Source of the DNA: Nocardioidaceae bacterium
GTDB taxonomy: Bacteria > Actinomycetota > Actinomycetes > Propionibacteriales > Nocardioidaceae
Length of the DNA stretch: 32,000 bases
NCBI GenBank assembly: GCA_035690495.1
Contig: DASSKK010000067.1
Span: 1 to 32,000, forward strand
Direction: 5' to 3'
Shown here: positions 25,685 through 32,000 of the stretch, in pieces
How the letters are laid out: every line of letters starts with the position of its first letter
Numbering within the stretch: position 1 is the stretch's first letter
Translations under genes and position numbers: made by a program
Notes under the pieces: generated by a model
Seen by the model: only the letters and a program-made list of their open reading frames with translations
What the model was told of the DNA's origin: nothing
Database searches by the model: none

Positions 25685-27140
25685 CAGAACACCTCGGCCA
25701 GACCCTGCTGCTGCAGCGGGTGCGGCTCCTTGTGCCGGCCGGGCACCTCGCCGCAGAGCCGAGGGGTCGGGTAGATCTTGCCCGGGTTGGACACGCCCGC
25801 GGGGTCGAACGCGCAGCGGATCAGCTGCATGGTGTCCAGGTCGGCGTCGTTGAACATCTTCGGCATGTACGCCGCCTTGTCGATCCCCACCCCGTGCTCG
25901 CCTGTGATCGAGCCCCCGTGGCCGATGCACAGGTCGAGGATCTGCCCGCTCACCTTCTCGGCTGCCTCGCCGGCGCCCTCGACCCCGTCGTCGAACAGCA
26001 CCAGCGGATGCAGGTTCCCGTCACCGGCGTGGAAGACGTTGGCCACCCGCACCCCGGAGGTCTGCGACAGCTCGGCGATCCCCCGGAGCACCTCGGGCAA
26101 CGCGGTGCGCGGGATGACGCCGTCCTGGACGATGTAGTCGGGGCTGATCCGTCCCATCGCCGCGAACGCCGACTTGCGGCCCTTCCAGATCAGCGCCCGA
26201 TCCTCCGGGTCGGTGGCGACCCGCAGCTCGAAGGCCGCGTTGTCGCGGCACAGCCGCTCGACCTCGTGGTACTCGTGTTCGACCTCCACCGCGGCGCCGT
26301 CCAGCTCGACCACCAGCACCGCACCTGCCCCTTCGGGGTAGTTGCAGCGCACCGCGGCCTCGGCCGCCTCGATCGACAGCGCGTCCATCATCTCGATGGC
26401 TGCCGGAACGATGCCCGCAGCGATGATCGCCGAGGTGGCGGCGCCGGCCTCGTCGGTGGAGGCGAACCCGGCCAGCACCGTGCGGATCTGCTCGGGGTCG
26501 CGCACGAGCCGGACGGTGACTGCGGTGACCATCCCGAGTGTTCCCTCCGAGCCGACCACCGCGCCGAGCAGGTCGTAGCCCGGTGCGTCGGGGGCCATCG
26601 TGCCCAGCTGGACGATCTCGCCCTGGGGGGTGACCATCTCGGCGCCGAGGACGTGGTTGGTGGTGAAGCCGTACTTCAGGCAGTGCGCCCCGCCGGAGTT
26701 CTCCGCGACGTTGCCGCCGATCGAGCACACCTGCTGGCTCGACGGATCGGGCGCGTAGTGGTAGCCGTACGGCGCAGCGGCGCGGCTGACGTCGAGGTTG
26801 ATCACCCCCGGCTCCACGACCGCGCGCTGGTCCTCACGGCGTACCTCGCGCACCGCCCGCATCCGGGAGGTGACGATGAGTACGCCGTCCGCGCGCGGAA
26901 GCGCACCGCCGGACAAGCCGGTGCCGGAGCCACGGGCCACGAAGGGCAACCCGTGCTCGGCGCAGGCCCGGATGATCGTCGCGAGCTGCTCGGCGGTCTC
27001 GGGCATCACCGCCAGCCCGGGCGTCACCTTGTAGTAGGCGAGGCCGTCGCACTCGTAGGTGCGCAGCCGCGCGTGATCGGTGATCACGGCGTCGGCCGGC
27101 AGGATCTCCAGCGCCACCCGGGAGACCGCCTCGAGAGCCG

Positions 27141-27144
<4 letters not shown>
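25684..27144 (-). CDS. glcD: Glycolate oxidase FAD-linked subunit GlcD
   Basis: [25 protein letters not shown], and a C-terminal FAD-oxidase domain. The start overlaps the malate synthase stop (ATGA). Confidence 0.93.
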
Positions 27145-28745
<1,601 letters not shown>

Positions 28746-28777
28746 GTGCTCCTCCTGTGCTGTCCTCTGGGGTGGGG

Positions 28778-29521
28778 TCAGTCCTCGGTCATGGGCAGGC
28801 TGCGGAATGTGAAGCGGATGTGGTCCTCGACGAGCGCGGGGGCGGAGTCGGCGTCGCCGGCCCGGATCGCGTCGAAGAGGCGATGGTGCTGGGCTCGCAG
28901 CTGGTCGCGCAGCGGTCTCCAGTCGGGCAGCCGCTGCAGGCCGCGCAGAATCGGGGCGTGCATCGCGTCCCGGATCGCGATCGTCATGTCGGCGACCAGC
29001 CGGTTCCGGCCGGCCTCGGCCACCGCGACGTGGAAGGCAGTGTCCCACCGGTTGAACGTCTGCTGGTCCTCGGTCCCGTCCATCTGCTCCAACGCCTCGT
29101 CCATCGTCGCGCAGTCGGCGTCGGTGGCCCGCTGGCAGGCCAGCCGGATGCTGTGGCGTTCGAGCATCACGCGCGCCTCCACGACGTCCTCGAGCGGGAA
29201 GTTGGCCAGGGCAACGTGCAGCCGCACCAGCCGGGTGAGTGCCTCGCTGGGCATCGCCGCCACGGTCGTGCCGCTGCCCGGGCCGACCCCGACGGCCGAG
29301 CGGAGTACGCCGTGCGCCTCGAGCGCCCGGATGGCCTCCCGCACGGCCGAACGGCTCACCCCGAGCCGGGGCGCCAGGTCGCGCTCGGAGGGCAGCCGGT
29401 CACCGACCCGCAGCTTGCCCTGGAGGATCTGCTCCTCGATCTGCGCGACGACGAGCTCGTCGGCTCGGCTGCGCTCGACCGGCTGCCAGTCGGGGTCTTG
29501 GCGTCCCGTCAGCCCAGTCAA
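28778..29521 (-). CDS. GntR/FadR-family transcriptional regulator (FCD domain; functional analogue of GlcC/LldR/PdhR)
   Basis: w[34 protein letters not shown], followed by an all-helical FCD-like domain. TTG 29521 is preceded by GGGAGG at 7 nt. Confidence 0.88.
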   Translation of the reverse strand: MTGLTGRQDPDWQPVERSRADELVVAQIEEQILQGKLRVGDRLPSERDLAPRLGVSRSAVREAIRALEAHGVLRSAVGVGPGSGTTVAAMPSEALTRLVRLHVALANFPLEDVVEARVMLERHSIRLACQRATDADCATMDEALEQMDGTEDQQTFNRWDTAFHVAVAEAGRNRLVADMTIAIRDAMHAPILRGLQRLPDWRPLRDQLRAQHHRLFDAIRAGDADSAPALVEDHIRFTFRSLPMTED

Positions 29522-29560
29522 CCCAGAGCCTCCCGTGTCTGCCGCCTGCCGTGCCTGCCC

Positions 29561-29612
29561 TTGACGCTGTGTTCCCGGTCACTCTATCGTCCGATGCAAT
29601 GGTCTGACCATT
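29561..29612. promoter_or_regulatory. Candidate permease promoter TTGACG(29561-29566)-N18-TATCGT(29585-29590), plus a perfect GntR/FadR-type operator AATGGTCtGACCATT (29598-29612)
   Basis: A 7-1-7 perfect palindrome with the TGGT-N-ACCA core typical of FadR-subfamily operators. It is the only such site in the 145-bp divergent gap. Confidence 0.55.
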
Positions 29613-29666
29613 CGACGAGCGGCTTGGCCGTCCACACCGGGCGGTGGTCGACGTCGAGCTTTCGGG

Positions 29667-31337
29667 ATGAGGTGCCAGATGTTCCAGCAGATCCTCGATC
29701 CGCTCCACACCGTGGCAGGCAGCACTCTCGTGGCGCTGGTGCCGGTGATCGTGCTGCTGCTTGCGCTGGCGGTGTTCAAGCTCGGCGCCTGGCAGTCGGT
29801 GGCCATCGGCGCGGTCGTCACGGTGCTGCTCGGCATCTTCGTGTGGCAGGCCCCGGCCGACTCGGCCCTGACGGCGTACGGCCTCGGCGCGGCCACCGGT
29901 GTGTGGTCGATCGACTGGATCGTGTTCTGGGGCGTGATCATCTACAACACGATGGTCAGCACCGGGGCCTTCGACGCCTTCAAACGCTGGCTGGTCGCCC
30001 AGGCGACCGCCGACATCCGGGTGCAGACCCTGCTGATCGCGTGGGCGTTCGGGGCGCTGCTGGAGGGCCTCGTCGGGTTCGGCTACCCGTGGGCGGTGGT
30101 CGCGCCGATCCTGATCGGGTTCGGCATCATCGACATCGCGGCGATCCGGGTGGCCGCCCTGGCCAACAACGCGCCGGTCTCGTTCGGCGCACTCGGCGCA
30201 CCGATCATCGGGCTCGCCGCCGTCACCGGACTGCCGTTGATGGCGCTCTCGGCATCGATCGGCAAGATCGTCGCGATCCTCGCGCTCGCGCCGCCGTGGA
30301 TCCTCATCTACCTGGTCAGCGGCAAGCGTGGGCTGAAGACCGGGTGGCCGCTGGCGATCGTCGGCTCGCTCGCCTACATCGCCGGACAGTTCCCGACCTC
30401 GCAGTTCCTCGGGCCCTACCTGCCCGACATCATCGGGTCGCTGGTGTGCTTCGCCGCGCTGCTGATCCTGCTGCGCCTCTGGCAGCCGCGCGAGCTGCTC
30501 GGCTTCGGAGGCGAGCCGCTGACCGACGAGCAGGTAGCCACCCAGGCGGCCGAGTCGAAGGACACCCCGCCGATGGGACCGGGTGCGGCCAGCCCCCAGG
30601 ACGCGCAGCGCTCCGGCGCCGGCGCACTGCGCGGGCTGGTGCCGTTCATCATCCTGATCGTGGTGGTGGTGATCTGGACCGGGCCATGGCTGGCGCTGCA
30701 GAAGCACGTGGTGTTCGAGCCCGCCGTGAACGCCGTATCCTCACTGTCGCACAAGGCCAGCAGCGTCTCCTGGTCGTTCGCCCCGCTGGTGGCGGGGACC
30801 GCGATCCTGGTCTGCTGGCTGCTGATCGCGGCGTACCTGCGACCGAACGCCTCTCAGCTGCGCGAGGTGTTCGCCGAGACGTACCGGCAGATGTGGGGCG
30901 CGATGCTGGTCGGCCCGCTGATCTTCGGGCTCGCGCAGGTCTACAACTACTCCGGGATGGCCAACTCGATGGCGAACGGGTTCTCCAAGCTCGGCGTCGG
31001 CTACGTGGTCGTCGCGCCGATCCTGGGCTGGATCGCGGTGGCGCTGTCGGGCAGCAACACCACCTCCAACGCGGTGTTCGGACAGTTCCAGTACGCCGTG
31101 GCGAAGCTGCTGAACGCGCCGGTGCTGCTGTTCCCCTCGCTGAACTCGCTCGGGGCCGAGGTCGGCAAGCCGGTGGCGCCGCAGACCGCGAGCGTCGGAG
31201 TCTCCACGACCAAGTTCGTGCGCAACGAGGGCGCGGTGATCCGCTACAACATGGGCTGGACGCTGATCATCCTCGCCTACCTCATCGGCATCGGCTGCCT
31301 GTTCTACTTCGTGCTTCCCGGGTCGGTCAGCCTGTAG
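29667..31337 (+). CDS. L-lactate/glycolate permease (LctP family); alternative start ATG 29679
   Basis: 556 aa polytopic protein. LctP-type blocks WQSVAIGAVVTVLLGIFVW, SIDWIVFWGVIIYNTMVSTGAFDAF, LLEGLVGFGYPWAVVAP, SGSNTTSNAVFG. Confidence 0.92.
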   Translation: MRCQMFQQILDPLHTVAGSTLVALVPVIVLLLALAVFKLGAWQSVAIGAVVTVLLGIFVWQAPADSALTAYGLGAATGVWSIDWIVFWGVIIYNTMVSTGAFDAFKRWLVAQATADIRVQTLLIAWAFGALLEGLVGFGYPWAVVAPILIGFGIIDIAAIRVAALANNAPVSFGALGAPIIGLAAVTGLPLMALSASIGKIVAILALAPPWILIYLVSGKRGLKTGWPLAIVGSLAYIAGQFPTSQFLGPYLPDIIGSLVCFAALLILLRLWQPRELLGFGGEPLTDEQVATQAAESKDTPPMGPGAASPQDAQRSGAGALRGLVPFIILIVVVVIWTGPWLALQKHVVFEPAVNAVSSLSHKASSVSWSFAPLVAGTAILVCWLLIAAYLRPNASQLREVFAETYRQMWGAMLVGPLIFGLAQVYNYSGMANSMANGFSKLGVGYVVVAPILGWIAVALSGSNTTSNAVFGQFQYAVAKLLNAPVLLFPSLNSLGAEVGKPVAPQTASVGVSTTKFVRNEGAVIRYNMGWTLIILAYLIGIGCLFYFVLPGSVSL

Positions 31338-31395
31338 CCTCGTTGGCTTCACTGCTCGTGTCTCGTTTGTGGTGGCTGCCGTCGCCACATCGCAC

Positions 31396-31515
31396 TCAGG
31401 CGGCCCTGTTGCCGATGCGGCGGGTGCCGGTGTGGTCGACGAGGTAGTAGCCGCCGTAGGGGTCGCGCCAGACATACAGCCCGGGGAAGGGTCTGCCAGC
31501 CGGCGAAGGTCGACG
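31396..31515 (-). pseudogene. Relic of the C-terminus of an HNH/DUF222-type endonuclease (39 codons, no start codon)
   Basis: Reading on directly after the boxB TAG in the same frame gives RRPSPAGRPFPGLYVWRDPYGGYYLVDHTGTRRIGNRAA*. The G-x-Y-x-W-x-x-P-x-G-x-x-Y-L-V-D-H-T-G-T pattern is the characteristic C-terminal end of actinobacterial DUF222/HNH proteins. The N-terminal part, several hundred aa long, is absent. Confidence 0.5.
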
Positions 31516-32000
31516 CTAGACCAGGCCCTCCTCGGCGAGGTGTACGTAGTCGAACTCGACGGGCTGGTCGTTGATCCCGGTCAGGGGAGGAGCGATCCAG
31601 CCGGCGAACTCGCCGTACTCGTACTCGGGCACCATCAGGGCGGCGACGGTACGTCGGTCCTCCTCGGAGGGCAGCCACTCACCTGCGCGCGCGTCCCACT
31701 CCTCGGCGGACAGCACCTGCCCGTCGGGGCTGATGCGGTGCGCGGCGTACACGCCGACCTGGCGGTGGAAGCCCTCGTGCGGGAGGTACAGACGCTCCTC
31801 GACGCCGGCGTCCTCGAGCGCCTGGTTCCAGCGACGGACCCCGTTCGCGCAGTCGGCGGCGTACTCGTCGCGCAGGTCGAGGTTCAGCGCCGAGAGCATC
31901 GGCACCCGCTTCTCACGGATCTCGTCGCCCTCGACGTACCGCATCGTGCGGGAGTCGTCGAGCAGCACGTGGTCGTCCTTGCGCCGCGTCTCCTGCCAGC
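31516..32000 (-). CDS. boxB: Benzoyl-CoA 2,3-epoxidase (oxygenase component) BoxB, C-terminal part; the gene continues beyond the window
   Basis: The frame is open to position 32000 (...WQETRRKDDHVLLDD...). VPMLSALNLDLRDEY..GVRRWN..LPHEGFHRQVGVYAAHRISPDGQVLSAEEW...WLPSEEDR...FAGWIAPPLTGINDQPVEFDYV parallels the BoxB C-terminus as I recall it (VPALSALNERLRDDW..VDRWN..LPHKGFHRKIGMFADVHVSPDGRLISEAEW..WLPTESDR..FANWIAAPARGINNQPVNFEYV). Confidence 0.85.
   Translation of the reverse strand, partial: WQETRRKDDHVLLDDSRTMRYVEGDEIREKRVPMLSALNLDLRDEYAADCANGVRRWNQALEDAGVEERLYLPHEGFHRQVGVYAAHRISPDGQVLSAEEWDARAGEWLPSEEDRRTVAALMVPEYEYGEFAGWIAPPLTGINDQPVEFDYVHLAEEGLV

Overview
High-GC actinobacterial chromosomal DNA, densely coding, with no rRNA, tRNA, CRISPR array or intact mobile element. 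All calls rest on motifs read from the translations; no homology search was run. Five blocks are visible. (1) 508-8399 (+): a group 1h/5 high-affinity Hhy-type [NiFe]-hydrogenase operon of ten genes. It comprises hhyS, hhyL, a NifU-like protein, three conserved unknowns, a 39-aa membrane micro-ORF missing from the ORF track, the maturation protease, hypC, and a 275-aa unknown with an internal HypC-like domain. From hhyL onward the genes are linked by start/stop overlaps or gaps of 3 nt or less. (2) 8499-13176 (-): an Fe(III)-type ABC importer (ATPase, fused permease, lipoprotein binding protein), then DinB-family and DoxX genes. (3) 13290-15053 (+): a MarR regulator and an MFS pump. (4) 14989-21983 (-): a tightly packed operon of boxC, a TrxR-like ferredoxin-NADP reductase, a 7Fe ferredoxin, an amidohydrolase-2, an Fcs-like acyl-CoA synthetase and an MFS transporter, with paaX divergent from it. 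(5) 23067-31337: a glycolate module (GntR/FadR regulator, malate synthase A, glcDEF, divergent LctP-family permease) with a perfect GntR-type operator palindrome. This module sits between boxC and a partial boxB at the right edge. Directly after the boxB stop lies a 39-codon relic of an HNH/DUF222 endonuclease C-terminus, which looks like a recombination scar. The best leads are the uncharacterised Hhy accessory genes and the non-canonical, split box (benzoyl-CoA epoxide) pathway, which carries its own Fdx/FNR pair and a PaaX regulator.
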